From: Haemophilus parainfluenzae
Lineage (GTDB): Bacteria > Pseudomonadota > Gammaproteobacteria > Enterobacterales > Pasteurellaceae
Assembly (NCBI GenBank): GCA_018363335.1
Contig: JAGZOA010000009.1
Span: forward strand, 4,965 to 68,964
DNA length: 64,000 nt
Direction of reading: 5' to 3'
Made by a program: the position numbers and the translations under genes. Each line of letters begins with the position of its first letter. The stretch's first letter is position 1. Of this stretch, positions 1 through 12,643 are shown one piece after another. Below the pieces are notes generated by a model. It was given only the letters and a program-made list of their open reading frames with translations, did no database searches and was not told the origin of the DNA.

Positions 1-503
1 AATGCGGTATCTTTATCACTTTCTGCTTCATATTCAATTTTTACGCTATTTTCATCGGTTAATGTATAAATCACATTGACTTGTACATTTCCTTCAAAAC
101 CTTGATCACCATCGGGAGACACAAGGGAAAAACGCACAAAATTCTGACCGCACTCTTCCACTTTCCAACGACGTTTATCAAAGCCTTCTTTACCACCATG
201 TAATTGATGTTTGCCTTGATTGGCGACTAGCTGGATTGTTCGCTCACCTAATTCAAATTGGGCGTTAGCAATACGGTTCGCATAGCGCCCTACGCTTGCG
301 CCCAAATACGCAGTTTGATGAGGATAATCTTCCACTTTGCAGCCAAGTAAAACTTCTCGCAACTCATCATTCACGGGGACTTTACAAGAAAGCCAAGTGG
401 CTCCCCAATCCATAAATTGCACGGTCATGCCATTCGAATTGGTGAGTTGAACAAGTTGATAAGGCTGTCCATCTGGTGCATTGAACGCCGTTTTTTCTAG
501 CAT
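1..503 (-). CDS. galM: aldose 1-epimerase (mutarotase), N-terminal part; gene continues beyond window start
   Basis: Reverse translation from ATG at 503 gives [37 protein letters not shown]..., closely matching E. coli GalM N-terminus; ATG overlaps galK stop (ATGCTAG); last gene of galTKM operon order. Confidence 0.85.
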   Translation of the reverse strand, partial: MLEKTAFNAPDGQPYQLVQLTNSNGMTVQFMDWGATWLSCKVPVNDELREVLLGCKVEDYPHQTAYLGASVGRYANRIANAQFELGERTIQLVANQGKHQLHGGKEGFDKRRWKVEECGQNFVRFSLVSPDGDQGFEGNVQVNVIYTLTDENSVKIEYEAESDKDTA

Positions 504-1651
504 AGACTCACTCCTTGTGAGGCTGTGCAAACGTAGAAATCTTCTTTTAAACCTGTTTGTTTCTCATAATTATCGGCAATAATTTTACGCACTTCTTCAA
601 CTTTATCATGAGGCGCAAGGGCAACAATACAGCCACCGAAACCACCACCTGTCATTCTCGCGCCACCGGTTTTACCAATAACTAATTGAGCAAGTTCAAC
701 AAGATAATCGATTTGCGGCACGGTAATCTCGAAATCATCACGCATTGACTCGTGAGATTGCCCCATTAATTCGCCTAATTTTGTTAAATCGTTATGTTTT
801 AAGGCTTCAACGGCATCAAGTACGCGTTGGTTTTCAGTCACCACATGACGTGCACGTTTAGCCACTAAAGAATTAAGTGCGGTCAATTCTGCTTCTCTTT
901 TTTGGAATTCTTCTACTGACACATCACGCAACGCTTTCACACCAAAGAATTCTGCAGCTTTTTCACATTGCCAACGGCGTGTATTGTATTCACCCGTCAC
1001 CAAATCATGGGGTACATTTGAGTTCACAATAATAACAGCGACATCTTTCGGCACAGGCGTTGGCTGTGTTTCTAAGCTACGGCAATCAATCATTAAGAGA
1101 TGATCTTTTTGTCCTAAAGCAGAAATTAATTGATCCATGTTTCCGCAATTTGCGCCTACAAATTTGTTTTCAGCTTTTTGACCAATTAAAGCAATTTCTG
1201 TATGTGTTAAAGGTAAATCACTGAGTTGTTGGCAGAACTTACCCGTCGCCACTTCAAGCGCTGCAGAAGAGCTTAAACCGGAAGAATGAGGCACATTTCC
1301 TGAAATGACCAAATCAGCGCCTTGCTTAAAGTGTGGGCAACGCTCTTGAATAAATTTCACGACACCGCGCACATAATTCGCCCATTTTTGCTCACTTTGA
1401 GGGAAATCTTCATTAAGAGAAAAGGTATCCTCAAGATCAAGATCTGCGGCATAAACATTCCAAATATGATCAGCACGTTTTGATCCCGCAATGGCTGTAC
1501 CATAATTGATCGCACAAGGCATCACAAAGCCATCGTTGTAGTCGGTATGTTCGCCGATAATGTTCACGCGACCTGGCGCATATACTGTCAGTTCTGGTTG
1601 CTTGTTATATTTTTGAGTAAAAATGTGTTGGGATTTTTGGACTGGAGTCAT
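497..1651 (-). CDS. galK: galactokinase
   Basis: 384-aa ORF with GHMP kinase signature ([27 protein letters not shown]); position between galT and galM. Confidence 0.95.
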   Translation of the reverse strand: MTPVQKSQHIFTQKYNKQPELTVYAPGRVNIIGEHTDYNDGFVMPCAINYGTAIAGSKRADHIWNVYAADLDLEDTFSLNEDFPQSEQKWANYVRGVVKFIQERCPHFKQGADLVISGNVPHSSGLSSSAALEVATGKFCQQLSDLPLTHTEIALIGQKAENKFVGANCGNMDQLISALGQKDHLLMIDCRSLETQPTPVPKDVAVIIVNSNVPHDLVTGEYNTRRWQCEKAAEFFGVKALRDVSVEEFQKREAELTALNSLVAKRARHVVTENQRVLDAVEALKHNDLTKLGELMGQSHESMRDDFEITVPQIDYLVELAQLVIGKTGGARMTGGGFGGCIVALAPHDKVEEVRKIIADNYEKQTGLKEDFYVCTASQGVSLC

Positions 1652-1705
1652 ATTATTTTCCTTTATCTTTCACACTCCCTCTTAACTCAAGAGGGAAAGG
1701 GTTTC

Positions 1706-2781
<1,076 letters not shown>

Positions 2782-2821
2782 AAAAATTTTCTCATAAGAT
2801 AACAAATTAAAAAAAATAAAC

Positions 2822-2837
2822 CGTGATCATTATCACA
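2822..2837. promoter_or_regulatory. CRP binding site cGTGAtcattaTCACA between the two gal operators
   Basis: Near-perfect match to TGTGA-N6-TCACA; lies in galT/galR divergent region between the two GalR operators, classic gal architecture. Confidence 0.6.
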
Positions 2838-2896
2838 AAATCAGGAAATAAGCCTCTCATCCAATCAGTTTTTTGTGACGAATGTAGCATTTTTGA

Positions 2897-2912
2897 AAGT
2901 AACCGCTTTCAA
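2897..2912. promoter_or_regulatory. second GalR/GalS operator-like site AAGTAACCGCTTTCAA
   Basis: GTAAcCGcTTtCA fits GTAAnCGnTTnCA; about 130 bp from first operator (looping pair as in E. coli OE/OI). Confidence 0.5.
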
Positions 2913-2949
2913 TTTCATTCAAATTTACTATGATAATTAGTATGAAAAA

Positions 2950-3975
2950 ATGAATGAGAGCCCAGTTATGCCTACAATTCGAGATGTTGCTGAATTAGCT
3001 TGCGTGTCGGTTGCCACTGTTTCCCGGGTGATTAATCGCTCCCCATCTGTGAGTGAAAAAACCCGTTACTCGGTACAACGTGCAATGGAAGTCTTAAATT
3101 ATCAACCCAATGCAAATGCACAAGCTCTGGCCGTGCAAAATACTGATACCATTGGCGTAGTGGTTACCGATGTAACGGATCCGTTCTTTGCTATCTTGGT
3201 CAAATCAGTCGATAAAGTCGCTGAAGAGCATCAAAAAACGATTTTGATCGGCATTGGATACCATCATGCAGAAAAAGAGCGTGAAGCCATTGATACCTTG
3301 CTGCGCAAGCGTTGTAGTTGCTTGGTTGTTCATTCCAAAGCCCTTTCTGACGAAGAGTTACAGCATTATTTAGAAAATGTACCCGGTATGGTTGTGATTA
3401 ACCGTGTGATTGCGGGCTATGAAAATCGTTGCGTCAGCCTTGATAACCGCCAAGGTACCTATCTTGCCACTGAAATGCTAATTCGTTATGGCCATAAGCA
3501 AATCGCCTATATTGGTTCCAATCACGGCATCTTAGATGAAACAGAACGTAAAGAAGGCTACTTAGAGGCCTTAGAAGCGCATAACTTCCCCATTGTAGAA
3601 CAAGCCATTGTGCATAATTCACCTGATTTTGAAGGTGGTGAAAAGGCCATGATTGATTTATTAAGCTACAACTCCAACTTAACCGCTGTAGTAGCCTATA
3701 ACGACACGATGGCAGCGGGTGCAATTTCTGTTTTAAATGAAAACAATATCAAAGTCCCGAAACAATTTTCCATTGTGGGATTTGATGATATGCCAATTGC
3801 TCGATATTTAATCCCAAAACTTACTACAATTAGATATCCAATTGATTTAATGGCAAATTATGCGGCAAAACTGGCATTAAGTTTAGTTGATTCGTCTATT
3901 GTCACACCGACTGTTGTTCAATTTAATCCAACCTTGGTGAGACGTTTTTCCGTAGAAAATGCAATAAAACCGTGA
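2950..3975 (+). CDS. galR: LacI-family galactose repressor GalR/GalS (probable true start at Met7, nt 2968)
   Basis: [26 protein letters not shown]... near-identical HTH to E. coli GalR; full-length alignment to GalR in memory. Confidence 0.9.
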   Translation: MNESPVMPTIRDVAELACVSVATVSRVINRSPSVSEKTRYSVQRAMEVLNYQPNANAQALAVQNTDTIGVVVTDVTDPFFAILVKSVDKVAEEHQKTILIGIGYHHAEKEREAIDTLLRKRCSCLVVHSKALSDEELQHYLENVPGMVVINRVIAGYENRCVSLDNRQGTYLATEMLIRYGHKQIAYIGSNHGILDETERKEGYLEALEAHNFPIVEQAIVHNSPDFEGGEKAMIDLLSYNSNLTAVVAYNDTMAAGAISVLNENNIKVPKQFSIVGFDDMPIARYLIPKLTTIRYPIDLMANYAAKLALSLVDSSIVTPTVVQFNPTLVRRFSVENAIKP

Positions 3976-3987
3976 TGGAGATCACAA
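3972..3987. promoter_or_regulatory. CRP-like site GTGAtggagaTCACA overlapping galR stop
   Basis: TGTGA-N6-TCACA-like palindrome upstream of mglB. Confidence 0.35.
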
Positions 3988-4002
3988 ATTTAAACATTGC
4001 TA

Positions 4003-4016
4003 TGTAATCGTTTTCA
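4003..4016. promoter_or_regulatory. GalR/GalS operator-like site TGTAATCGTTTTCA upstream of mglB
   Basis: Fits GTAAnCGnTTnCA; mgl operons are GalS/GalR controlled in enterics. Confidence 0.55.
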
Positions 4017-4020
4017 TTTA

Positions 4021-4036
4021 TGTGAGTTTGATCACA
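4021..4036. promoter_or_regulatory. CRP site TGTGAgtttgaTCACA upstream of mglB
   Basis: Perfect consensus half-sites TGTGA-N6-TCACA. Confidence 0.65.
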
Positions 4037-4155
4037 GATTAACAGTTTTGATTTCGTTATGATGGATTCAGTTGCAATAGATGTACGCAACATTCCTCTA
4101 TTTGATATATAAAAAATCAACAATAAAATCTCTTTCTCTACATAGGAGCGTTTTT

Positions 4156-5151
4156 ATGAAAAAAACAGCAGTATTAAGTGCAGTCGCTTTAGCAATCGGT
4201 TTAGGTTCAGCAACTTCAGGTTTCGCAGCCGATAACCGCATTGGTGTTACCATTTATAAATATGATGACAACTTCATGTCATTAATGCGTAAAGAAATCG
4301 ATAAAGAAGCGAAAGCGCTTGGCGGCATTGAGTTATTAATGAATGACTCTCAAAATGCACAATCTATTCAAAATGACCAAGTGGATGGTTTGCTTTCTAA
4401 AGGTGTAAAAGCTTTAGCGATTAACTTAGTAGACCCAGCAGCAGCTTCAACTGTTATCAAGAAAGCTAAACAAGATGACATTCCTGTTGTTTTCTTCAAT
4501 AAAGACCCAGGTGCAAAAGCAATTGGTAGCTACGATCACGCTTACTATGTTGGTACAGACCCGAAAGAATCTGGTTTAATCCAAGGTGACTTAATTGCAA
4601 AACAATGGAAAGCAATGCCAGCCTTAGACTTAAACAAAGATGGTAAAATCCAATATGTATTATTAAAAGGTGAGCCAGGCCACCCAGACGCAGAAGCACG
4701 TACTAAATATGTAATTGAGCAATTAAATGCTAAAGGTATCCAAACCGAACAATTATTTATTGATACCGGTATGTGGGATGCAGCAATGGCTAAAGATAAA
4801 GTGGATGCATGGTTATCTAGCTCTAAAGCTAACGAAATTGAAATGATCATTTCAAACAATGATGGTATGGCGTTAGGTGCATTAGAAGCAACCAAAGCAC
4901 ACGGTAAAAAATTACCAATCTTTGGTGTGGATGCATTACCAGAAGTGCTTCAATTAATTAAGAAAGGCGAAATTGCTGGTACTGTGTTAAACGATGGTGT
5001 TAACCAAGGTAAAGCAGTTGTTCAACTTTCTGCAAACCTTGCTAACGGTAAAGCAGCAACAGAAGGTACACAATGGAAATTAGAAAACCGTGTGGTACGT
5101 ATCCCTTATGTTGGTGTGGATAAAGATAACCTAAGTGAATTCTTAAAATAA
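4156..5151 (+). CDS. mglB: galactose/glucose ABC transporter periplasmic binding protein (ORF-track start at 4081 is too far upstream; signal peptide starts [10 protein letters not shown])
   Basis: Mature sequence [18 protein letters not shown]... near-identical to E. coli MglB. Confidence 0.95.
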   Translation: MKKTAVLSAVALAIGLGSATSGFAADNRIGVTIYKYDDNFMSLMRKEIDKEAKALGGIELLMNDSQNAQSIQNDQVDGLLSKGVKALAINLVDPAAASTVIKKAKQDDIPVVFFNKDPGAKAIGSYDHAYYVGTDPKESGLIQGDLIAKQWKAMPALDLNKDGKIQYVLLKGEPGHPDAEARTKYVIEQLNAKGIQTEQLFIDTGMWDAAMAKDKVDAWLSSSKANEIEMIISNNDGMALGALEATKAHGKKLPIFGVDALPEVLQLIKKGEIAGTVLNDGVNQGKAVVQLSANLANGKAATEGTQWKLENRVVRIPYVGVDKDNLSEFLK

Positions 5152-5179
5152 GAAAATCTATTGCTTTTCTTTAATTTTA

Positions 5180-5218
5180 GGGGGAAAGGAAACCCAAATT
5201 CCCTTTCCCCCTTTTTGA
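5180..5218 (+). terminator. mglB-mglA intercistronic GC hairpin (GGGGGAAAGG...CCTTTCCCCC) followed by TTTTTGA; likely partial terminator or polarity element
   Basis: 10-bp perfect GC-rich stem plus U-tract seen directly. Confidence 0.55.
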
Positions 5219-5229
5219 TGAGGTTGGAT

Positions 5230-6744
5230 ATGACAACTCAAACCCAAGACAGTGATGTACTACTGACAATGACGGATGTCAGTAAGTCTTTTCCCGGTGT
5301 AAAAGCCCTTGATCACGCCAATCTAACAGTTCGTTCTCACTCTGTTCATGCCTTAATGGGCGAAAACGGGGCGGGTAAATCTACATTATTAAAATGCCTC
5401 TTCGGAATTTATGCAAAAGACGAAGGTGAAATTTTATTCTTAGGCAAACCTGTTGATTTTAAAACATCAAAAGAAGCCCTTGAAAATGGGATTTCAATGG
5501 TTCACCAAGAACTTAACTTGGTGCGTCAAACTAGTGTAATGGATAACTTATGGTTAGGTCGCTACCCACTTAAAGGTCCTTTTGTGGATCACGCCAAAAT
5601 GTATCGTGATACCAAAGCGATTTTCGATGAATTGGATATTGATGTTGATCCAAAAGAAAAAGTGGCCAAACTTTCCGTTTCACAAATGCAGATGATCGAA
5701 ATTGCGAAAGCGTTCTCTTATAACGCTAAAATCGTAATTATGGATGAGCCAACATCCTCACTTTCAGAAAAAGAAGTGGAACATCTTTTCAAAATTATTC
5801 AAAAATTAAAAGATCGCGGTTGTGGCATTATCTATATTTCACACAAAATGGATGAAATCTTCAAAATTTGTGATGAAATCACCATTCTTCGTGATGGTAA
5901 ATGGATCAATACCGTTCAAGTTAAAGGCACCACCATGGAAGAAATTGTTTCAATGATGGTTGGCCGTGAATTAACACAACGTTTCCCTGAAAAAACTAAC
6001 GTACCAAAAGAAGTCACGCTTGAAGTGGAACATTTAACTGCGGTGAACCAACCTTCTATTCAAGATGTTTCCTTTAATTTACGCAAAGGTGAAATTTTAG
6101 GTATCGCAGGTCTTGTTGGTGCAAAACGAACCGATATTGTGGAAGCCATTTTTGGTGTACGCGAATTAAAAGAAGGGACGATCAAGCTCAACGGAAAAAT
6201 CGTGAAAAATCATACCGCACTTGAGGCGATTAACCACGGTTTTGCTTTGGTGACTGAAGAACGTCGTTCAACCGGGATTTATTCAAACCTAAGTATTGAA
6301 TTTAACTCTTTGATTTCAAATATGAAATCTTACCTCACTCCTTGGAAATTGCTCAGCAACAAAAAAATGGCGAGCGATACACAATGGGTGATTGATGCGA
6401 TGAACGTAAAAACACCTTCTCACAAAACAACAATTGGCTCGCTTTCTGGTGGTAATCAACAAAAAGTCATTATCGGCCGTTGGCTTTTAACCCAACCAGA
6501 TATCTTAATGCTCGACGAACCAACTCGTGGTATTGATATTGGGGCAAAATTTGAAATTTATCAGCTCATTCAAGAACTCGCTAAAAAAGATAAAGGCATC
6601 ATTATGATTTCATCAGAAATGCCGGAATTATTAGGCGTAACAGACCGAATTTTGGTCATGAGTAATGGTCGTGTTGCCGGCATCGTTGAAACAGCAAAAA
6701 CGTCTCAAGAAGAAATTTTGCAACTTGCCGCAAAATATTTATAA
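5230..6744 (+). CDS. mglA: galactose/methyl-galactoside ABC transporter ATP-binding protein (duplicated ABC domains); start at Met24 of the ORF-track protein
   Basis: Two Walker A boxes ([18 protein letters not shown]); collinear with E. coli MglA. Confidence 0.95.
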   Translation: MTTQTQDSDVLLTMTDVSKSFPGVKALDHANLTVRSHSVHALMGENGAGKSTLLKCLFGIYAKDEGEILFLGKPVDFKTSKEALENGISMVHQELNLVRQTSVMDNLWLGRYPLKGPFVDHAKMYRDTKAIFDELDIDVDPKEKVAKLSVSQMQMIEIAKAFSYNAKIVIMDEPTSSLSEKEVEHLFKIIQKLKDRGCGIIYISHKMDEIFKICDEITILRDGKWINTVQVKGTTMEEIVSMMVGRELTQRFPEKTNVPKEVTLEVEHLTAVNQPSIQDVSFNLRKGEILGIAGLVGAKRTDIVEAIFGVRELKEGTIKLNGKIVKNHTALEAINHGFALVTEERRSTGIYSNLSIEFNSLISNMKSYLTPWKLLSNKKMASDTQWVIDAMNVKTPSHKTTIGSLSGGNQQKVIIGRWLLTQPDILMLDEPTRGIDIGAKFEIYQLIQELAKKDKGIIMISSEMPELLGVTDRILVMSNGRVAGIVETAKTSQEEILQLAAKYL

Positions 6745-6762
6745 ATCATAAAGGAACAAATT

Positions 6763-7773
6763 ATGAGTGCCTTACCAAAAAATAAATCATTCGATTTCTT
6801 AAAACAAAATGCGATTTATTTTGTGTTGTTGATTTTACTTGGCATCATCATCGCACAAGATCCAACATTCTTGAATGTTCGCAACTTTAGTAACATTTTA
6901 ACTCAATCATCCGTCCGTCTTATTATCGCCCTAGGTGTTGCAGGCTTGCTTATCACTCAAGGTACCGACTTGTCAGCTGGTCGCCAAGTAGGTTTAGCAG
7001 CGGTTATTTCTGCTACCCTCTTACAATCAATGGAAAACATGAACCGCGTGTTCCCAGATTTAGGTGAAATTCCTATTCCAATAGTTATCCTGACTGTTTG
7101 TGCGGTAGGTGCTGTAATCGGCTTAGTGAATGGTTTAGTTATCGCTTATCTCAATGTAACCCCGTTCATTGCAACTATGGGTACCATGATCATCGTTTAC
7201 GGTTTCAACTCACTTTACTATGATGGCGTAGGTGGCTCACCAATTGCAGGTTTCAGTGAATCTTTCTCTAACTTCGCACAAGGCTTCTTCAGACTTGGTT
7301 CGTTCAAATTATCCTACATCACTATTTATGCGGCGATTTGTGCATTCTTAGTTTGGGTAATGTGGAATAAAACACGCTTCGGTAAAAATATCTTTGCTAT
7401 CGGTGGTAACCCTGAAGCAGCAAAAGTATCGGGCGTAAACGTAGCACGTAACCTTGTTGTGATTTACATGATTGCAGGTATGTTCTATGCATTCGGTGGT
7501 ATGTTAGAAGCTGGTCGTATCGGTAGTGCTACCAACAACCTTGGTTTCATGTATGAATTAGATGCGATTGCTGCCTGCGTAGTAGGTGGTGTATCTTTCG
7601 CTGGTGGTGTGGGTACTGTTATCGGCGTAATCACAGGTGTTATTATCTTCACCGTTATTAACTACGGTTTAACTTACATCGGTGTAAATCCTTACTGGCA
7701 ATATATCATTAAAGGTAGCATTATCATCCTTGCGGTTGCTATTGACTCCTTGAAATACGCGAAGAAAAAATAA
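6763..7773 (+). CDS. mglC: galactoside ABC transporter permease
   Basis: 336-aa polytopic membrane protein following mglA; MglC-like. Confidence 0.9.
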   Translation: MSALPKNKSFDFLKQNAIYFVLLILLGIIIAQDPTFLNVRNFSNILTQSSVRLIIALGVAGLLITQGTDLSAGRQVGLAAVISATLLQSMENMNRVFPDLGEIPIPIVILTVCAVGAVIGLVNGLVIAYLNVTPFIATMGTMIIVYGFNSLYYDGVGGSPIAGFSESFSNFAQGFFRLGSFKLSYITIYAAICAFLVWVMWNKTRFGKNIFAIGGNPEAAKVSGVNVARNLVVIYMIAGMFYAFGGMLEAGRIGSATNNLGFMYELDAIAACVVGGVSFAGGVGTVIGVITGVIIFTVINYGLTYIGVNPYWQYIIKGSIIILAVAIDSLKYAKKK

Positions 7774-7793
7774 TTAAAAACAACGATAAAAAT

Positions 7794-7821
7794 AACCGCA
7801 CTTTAGTAATAAAGTGCGGTT
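7794..7821. terminator. inverted USS pair (AACCGCACTTT...AAAGTGCGGTT) hairpin after mglC
   Basis: Perfect inverted repeat of Hin-type USS, typical Pasteurellaceae terminator. Confidence 0.6.
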
Positions 7822-7849
7822 TATATTTAATATAATATAAGGATTTAAA

Positions 7850-8506
7850 ATGTCAAACAACGTAAATAAAGATAATTTAACTGTCAATTTTAGTACTGAC
7901 TGGTTTACTCACAATATCCCTTCTCTATCCTATATTTTTGAACAATTTACACCTCAACGAATCTTAGAAATTGGTTCATTTGAAGGGCGTTCAACTCATT
8001 TTTTTACTGAGGAAATGCTTAAATACCATAATGAAATAGAGATTCATTGTATTGATTCTTGGGAAGGTGGATTAGAGCATCAAGGAAAGTGGGATATGGG
8101 TTCTGTTGAGCAATCTTTCAATGAGAATATTCAAACATTAATGATTTATGCCAAACAATGCGGAAAATCCCTTAACATTATCAAACATAAAGGATATTCC
8201 CATACTAAAATGATTGAACTATTAGCAAAAGGAGAAGCTGGAAAATTTGATTTTATCTATGTAGATGGTTCTCATGAAGCCCCAGATGTACTGTTCGATG
8301 CTATTTTAGCCCATAAATTAGTAAAAAATAATGGGATTATTGCTTTTGATGACTATTTATGGAGCCCAGAAGAAAATGGAAAACAAAACTACTACCACTT
8401 AGTAAAACCTGCTGTTGATGCTTATGTCAATATCTATCAGCAAAAACTCCATGTTTTACAAATGTTACCAGTTTACCAACTTTATATACAAAAACTATCA
8501 GATTAA
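7850..8506 (+). CDS. class I SAM-dependent O-methyltransferase-like protein (CmcI/TylF/Methyltransf_24-like), AT-rich orphan gene
   Basis: Motifs ILEIGSFEGRST (SAM-binding motif I-like) and FDFIYVDGSH...IIAFDDY; no DNA-MTase motifs; about 32% GC, no USS inside. Confidence 0.5.
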   Translation: MSNNVNKDNLTVNFSTDWFTHNIPSLSYIFEQFTPQRILEIGSFEGRSTHFFTEEMLKYHNEIEIHCIDSWEGGLEHQGKWDMGSVEQSFNENIQTLMIYAKQCGKSLNIIKHKGYSHTKMIELLAKGEAGKFDFIYVDGSHEAPDVLFDAILAHKLVKNNGIIAFDDYLWSPEENGKQNYYHLVKPAVDAYVNIYQQKLHVLQMLPVYQLYIQKLSD

Positions 8507-8520
8507 CTAATTAAAAATAT

Positions 8521-8546
8521 AATAAGCCTGTGTAATCAGGCTTATT
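8521..8546. terminator. bidirectional hairpin AATAAGCCTG-tgtaat-CAGGCTTATT between methyltransferase and iscX
   Basis: 9-10 bp inverted repeat seen directly. Confidence 0.5.
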
Positions 8547-8736
8547 CGTATTCATCTAACCATTTTAACAAAATTGCTTCCAGAATACTCTCGTTAGATT
8601 TCATTGGATCATCATCAAAACCGTCTAGTTCACAAATCCACTTATGCAAATCCGTGAAACGTACCGTTTTAGGATCTAAATCTGGATTACGATCATAAAG
8701 TTCTTCTGCAATAAGTTGGGCATCGGTCCATTTCAT
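8542..8736 (-). CDS. iscX: Fe-S cluster assembly protein IscX (YfhJ)
   Basis: 64 aa, [44 protein letters not shown] matches E. coli IscX. Confidence 0.9.
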   Translation of the reverse strand: MKWTDAQLIAEELYDRNPDLDPKTVRFTDLHKWICELDGFDDDPMKSNESILEAILLKWLDEYE

Positions 8737-9077
8737 TAGTGGGCTGCCTCATTCGCATGGTTAATATTATATTTAGGGATTTCCACCACTAAATCTTCAT
8801 CGCCCACGACACATTGGCAAGAAAGGCGGCTATCCATTTCTAAGCCCCATGCTTTATCCAACATGTCTTCTTCTTGATCGCTGGCTTCATTTAATGAATC
8901 AAACCCTTCACGAATAACTACATGGCATGTTGTACAAGCACAAGAACCATCGCAAGCGTGGTGAATTTCAACGCCCGCATTATGTGCCACTTCTAATAAG
9001 TTGTCGCCTGCAGCTGCATCAACCACCATACCCTCTGGGCAGAATTCTTCATTCGGTAAAAAAATCACTTTTGGCAT
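8736..9077 (-). CDS. fdx: [2Fe-2S] ferredoxin of the isc locus
   Basis: 113 aa with Cys ligand pattern [11 protein letters not shown]...C; position between hscA and iscX. Confidence 0.9.
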   Translation of the reverse strand: MPKVIFLPNEEFCPEGMVVDAAAGDNLLEVAHNAGVEIHHACDGSCACTTCHVVIREGFDSLNEASDQEEDMLDKAWGLEMDSRLSCQCVVGDEDLVVEIPKYNINHANEAAH

Positions 9078-9121
9078 ATTACTTTCCTCAATATAAAAAC
9101 TCGTTAATTTATAACCGCACT

Positions 9122-10978
9122 TTATTGCTCAATGTCTGATACAGATTTACCTGTCAGCGCTTGATTAATGGATTTATTCATTCGTCTTGCTGCAAATTCT
9201 TGAGTCGCAACATCAAGGGCTTTGATTCCCTGAACGATAGCATGACGATCTGTGCCTTCTTTTACATCCATTAACTGTTTCAATGCATTTTCAATTTGGT
9301 GGAATTCAGCTTCGGTTAATAATTCCGCCCCATCTTGTTGTAATGCCACAATCACGCTTTCAATCACACGATCAGCTTCAACACGTTGCTCGGCTAATTC
9401 ACGGGCTTGCATATCATCTTGTGCATTATCAAAAGAAGCTTTAATCATTGCCGTTACTTCTTCATCTGTTAAACCATAAGAAGGCTTAATTTGAATCGAT
9501 GCTTGGACTTTTGTGGATTTTTCCATGGCGGTCACACTTAATAAGCCATCCGCATCCACTTGATAAGTTACACGAATATGTGTGGCACCTGCTACCATTG
9601 GTGGAATACCACGCAATGTAAAACGACCTAAAGAACGGCAATCATCTACTAACTCACGTTCCCCTTGAACCACATGTACCGTCATTGCAGTTTGACCATC
9701 TTTAAAGGTGGTAAATTCTTGTGCGCGAGCCACTGGAATCGTGGTATTACGTGGAATAATTTTCTCCACTAAACCGCCCATGGTTTCAATACCTAAAGAA
9801 AGCGGCACCACATCGAGTAACAACATATCACTGTCATTCTTGTTGCCCACTAAAATATCTGCTTGAATTGCCGCACCTAAGGCAACTACTTTATCTGGAT
9901 CAATCGATGTTAATGGGGTTTTACCGAAGAATTCACCCACTTGCTCACGTACGTAAGGCACGCGAGTTGAACCACCAACCATAACCACTTCTTGTACGTC
10001 TTCAACTTCAACATGCGCATCTTTCAATGCACGACGACAGGTTAATAAAGAGCGTTTTACCAATGAGTGGATTAATTCATTGAATTGCTCACGACTTAAC
10101 TCACCTTCAAATCCGCACCAAGAAATGACCGCACTTTGTGCACTTGTTAAGGCAATTTTAGTCTGAGTTGCTAAGCTTAAAAGCTCACGTTGCTCATTCA
10201 CATTTTGTGGTTTAATACCCGCTTGTTCAACAATCCAATCGGCAATTAAATGGTCAAAATCATCACCACCTAAGGCAGTATCCCCACCTGTTGCTAACAC
10301 TTCAAACACGCCTTTAGATAAGCGTAAAATTGAGATATCAAAGGTACCGCCACCTAAATCATAAACAGCGATGACGCCTTCTTTTCCGCTATCTAAGCCA
10401 TACGCCACTGCTGCAGCAGTAGGTTCATTTAATAAACGTAATACATTCAACCCTGCAAGACGTGCTGCATCTTTTGTACTTTGGCGTTGAGCATCATCAA
10501 AATAAGCAGGTACGGTAATCACCACGCCAGAAAGCTCACCTGCAAGGCGTTGTTCTGCAATATGATTTAAACGAGATAAAATATCCGCAGAGACTTCAAT
10601 CGGGCTTTTTTTGCCTTGATGCGTGATCAATAATGGCAACCCATTTTCACTTGCTACAAATTCATACGGCAAATTGGTATAACGAGCTTGCACATCACCA
10701 AGACTACGTCCAATCAGACGTTTTACGGAAATAATCGTATTCTTAGGATCGACCGTCGCTTTTGCGAACGCTTCTATACCAACAAGTTTTTCATTTTCAC
10801 CATAATAAACGACCGAAGGGACAAGGCTTCTGTCTTGTTCATCATTTAAAATGGTTGCTTGACCGCTACGTACAGCAGCAACTAAAGAGTTTGTTGTACC
10901 TAAATCAATCCCTACCGCAAGACGATGTTGATGGGGTGCGGCCGTTTGTCCTGGCTCTGCAATTTGGAGTAATGCCAT
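9122..10978 (-). CDS. hscA: Fe-S cluster assembly Hsp70 chaperone HscA
   Basis: 618 aa Hsp70 family ([18 protein letters not shown]). Confidence 0.95.
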   Translation of the reverse strand: MALLQIAEPGQTAAPHQHRLAVGIDLGTTNSLVAAVRSGQATILNDEQDRSLVPSVVYYGENEKLVGIEAFAKATVDPKNTIISVKRLIGRSLGDVQARYTNLPYEFVASENGLPLLITHQGKKSPIEVSADILSRLNHIAEQRLAGELSGVVITVPAYFDDAQRQSTKDAARLAGLNVLRLLNEPTAAAVAYGLDSGKEGVIAVYDLGGGTFDISILRLSKGVFEVLATGGDTALGGDDFDHLIADWIVEQAGIKPQNVNEQRELLSLATQTKIALTSAQSAVISWCGFEGELSREQFNELIHSLVKRSLLTCRRALKDAHVEVEDVQEVVMVGGSTRVPYVREQVGEFFGKTPLTSIDPDKVVALGAAIQADILVGNKNDSDMLLLDVVPLSLGIETMGGLVEKIIPRNTTIPVARAQEFTTFKDGQTAMTVHVVQGERELVDDCRSLGRFTLRGIPPMVAGATHIRVTYQVDADGLLSVTAMEKSTKVQASIQIKPSYGLTDEEVTAMIKASFDNAQDDMQARELAEQRVEADRVIESVIVALQQDGAELLTEAEFHQIENALKQLMDVKEGTDRHAIVQGIKALDVATQEFAARRMNKSINQALTGKSVSDIEQ

Positions 10979-11018
10979 ATCTCTTTTTATCTCTAATAAT
11001 TAATTCGTTAAGGGCTAA

Positions 11019-11705
11019 TTATGCCACTGAATAAGCTTGTGCAAATTTATCTTGTTCGGTGAAACTTGCGTTGTAATGGGTTTCAATATTGACTTCGCGT
11101 CGTTCACGCTGATTAATATCAGTTATTTTATCTTCCGAAAGTTCTGGCGTAAAAACAATCATGTGGTTGCCATCAAGTTGTTTTACATCTTCTTGCCAAT
11201 TTTGCCAAAACAGATTTTGGTAAAATGCTTCAATGTCACCATTTAATGTCCAAGCTAAGAAATCTGTATAGGTAAAATTTAAATCATGCCAAGTTAAGTC
11301 TTTTGGTGAAAAATAATAAATCTTACCGAGATTAGAACCTAAAGAGCCACCATTTAAGGCAAAATAACCGCCAATGACATCATCTGCAACGAGCAAATAT
11401 TTTGGTTTATCACCTGATTGATTAAAGGATTTGCTGAAATTCCAATCCATTAATCCACGTGGTAATTTAAAACTGCCGGAACCCAATATACGCAACCAAC
11501 CATGATGAATTAAAATGCCACCCGTTTCATAAATTACCGCGCCCATCGGAGAAGAAGTGGGCATTTGCATGGTGAAAAGCTCACGTTCTGCACTAGGTTG
11601 ATCTTTTTTAATCACTTCACAATGATTACGAGCATGATCAATCCATTGGGAAATAGTTCCCCAAGCAGATTTTGAGGCATCAGTCAGTTGTTCTAAAGTT
11701 TGCAT
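11019..11705 (-). CDS. conserved hypothetical protein (possibly DUF2625-like) inserted between hscA and hscB
   Basis: 228-aa ORF, good coding character, no recognisable catalytic motif; terminator-like hairpin (11757-11779) separates it from hscB. Confidence 0.45.
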   Translation of the reverse strand: MQTLEQLTDASKSAWGTISQWIDHARNHCEVIKKDQPSAERELFTMQMPTSSPMGAVIYETGGILIHHGWLRILGSGSFKLPRGLMDWNFSKSFNQSGDKPKYLLVADDVIGGYFALNGGSLGSNLGKIYYFSPKDLTWHDLNFTYTDFLAWTLNGDIEAFYQNLFWQNWQEDVKQLDGNHMIVFTPELSEDKITDINQRERREVNIETHYNASFTEQDKFAQAYSVA

Positions 11706-11779
11706 AATCGAGTTTCATTAGTATGAGGGCGATTGCCCATTTATCAATATCGAAAAGGGCGTATTAAACGCCCTCAAGA

Positions 11780-12301
11780 TTATAATTCAAATAGACGTTC
11801 TTCTACTTGGCTAATTTCATCCGCCAATTTTTTTAGAAAACGTAATTTATCACAGAACTGTGCAGCAGTTGACCATTGTTGCTCATTTAGTTGCGCTTCA
11901 AGTGCGGTCAACATTTCTTTTGTTTCTTTTTTAACGCGTTTCACAAAGGATTCTAATGCATTTTCATCCTGGCTTTGCTCAATATTTTCGAGTTCTTCAC
12001 GCCATTCTAATTGTTGCATTAAGAATGCCATATCTTGTGTACTCTTTTGCTCTAAATCCTGTGTTTCTCCCGTATTTAACGCAATAATTGCTTCAGCACG
12101 TAAAATCGGGTCTTTCAAGGTTTTTAATGCATCATTAACTTCTGTGGATTTTTGCATTGCGATACGTTGTTCTTGCGCATCTGCCGTAACAAAATTATCA
12201 GGGTGCAAGCTCTTTTGAAGCGCTAAATAGCGTTCAGACAAAAGGGCTTGATCAACATTGAAAGCAACCGGTAAATCAAAAATAGCAAAAGGATTTGTCA
12301 T
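11780..12301 (-). CDS. hscB: Fe-S cluster co-chaperone HscB (J-domain)
   Basis: 173 aa with HPD motif (LHPDNF), HscB-like. Confidence 0.9.
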   Translation of the reverse strand: MTNPFAIFDLPVAFNVDQALLSERYLALQKSLHPDNFVTADAQEQRIAMQKSTEVNDALKTLKDPILRAEAIIALNTGETQDLEQKSTQDMAFLMQQLEWREELENIEQSQDENALESFVKRVKKETKEMLTALEAQLNEQQWSTAAQFCDKLRFLKKLADEISQVEERLFEL

Positions 12302-12310
12302 TTCTATTCC

Positions 12311-12634
12311 TTAAACGTGGAAACTCTCACCACAACCACAAGATTCTTTCACGTTCGGGTTGTTATATTTAAAGCCTTCATTCAAGCCTTCTTTAACGTA
12401 ATCTAGCTCAATGCCATCTAAATAAACCAAGCTTTTTGGATCGACTACTACTTTCACTCCATGCTGCTCAAAAACAAGATCGTCATCATTGAGCACATCC
12501 ACGAATTCAAGCACATAGCCTAAACCCGAACAACCCGATGTTTTTACACCTAAGCGCAAACCGATGCCTTTTCCACGGTTTGTAAGAAAATTACGAACTC
12601 GTTCTGCCGCTTTTTCAGTTAATGTTATAGACAT
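12311..12634 (-). CDS. iscA: Fe-S cluster insertion protein IscA
   Basis: 107 aa ending CGCGESF (A-type carrier motif). Confidence 0.9.
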   Translation of the reverse strand: MSITLTEKAAERVRNFLTNRGKGIGLRLGVKTSGCSGLGYVLEFVDVLNDDDLVFEQHGVKVVVDPKSLVYLDGIELDYVKEGLNEGFKYNNPNVKESCGCGESFHV

Positions 12635-12643
12635 GATCTATTC

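Noticed and set aside
7850-8506. Possibility that the orphan methyltransferase is a restriction-modification DNA MTase
   Set aside because: No DPPY/NPPY/SPPY (amino-MTase) or PCQ/ENV (C5-MTase) motifs, no adjacent endonuclease; motifs fit small-molecule/sugar O-MTases instead.
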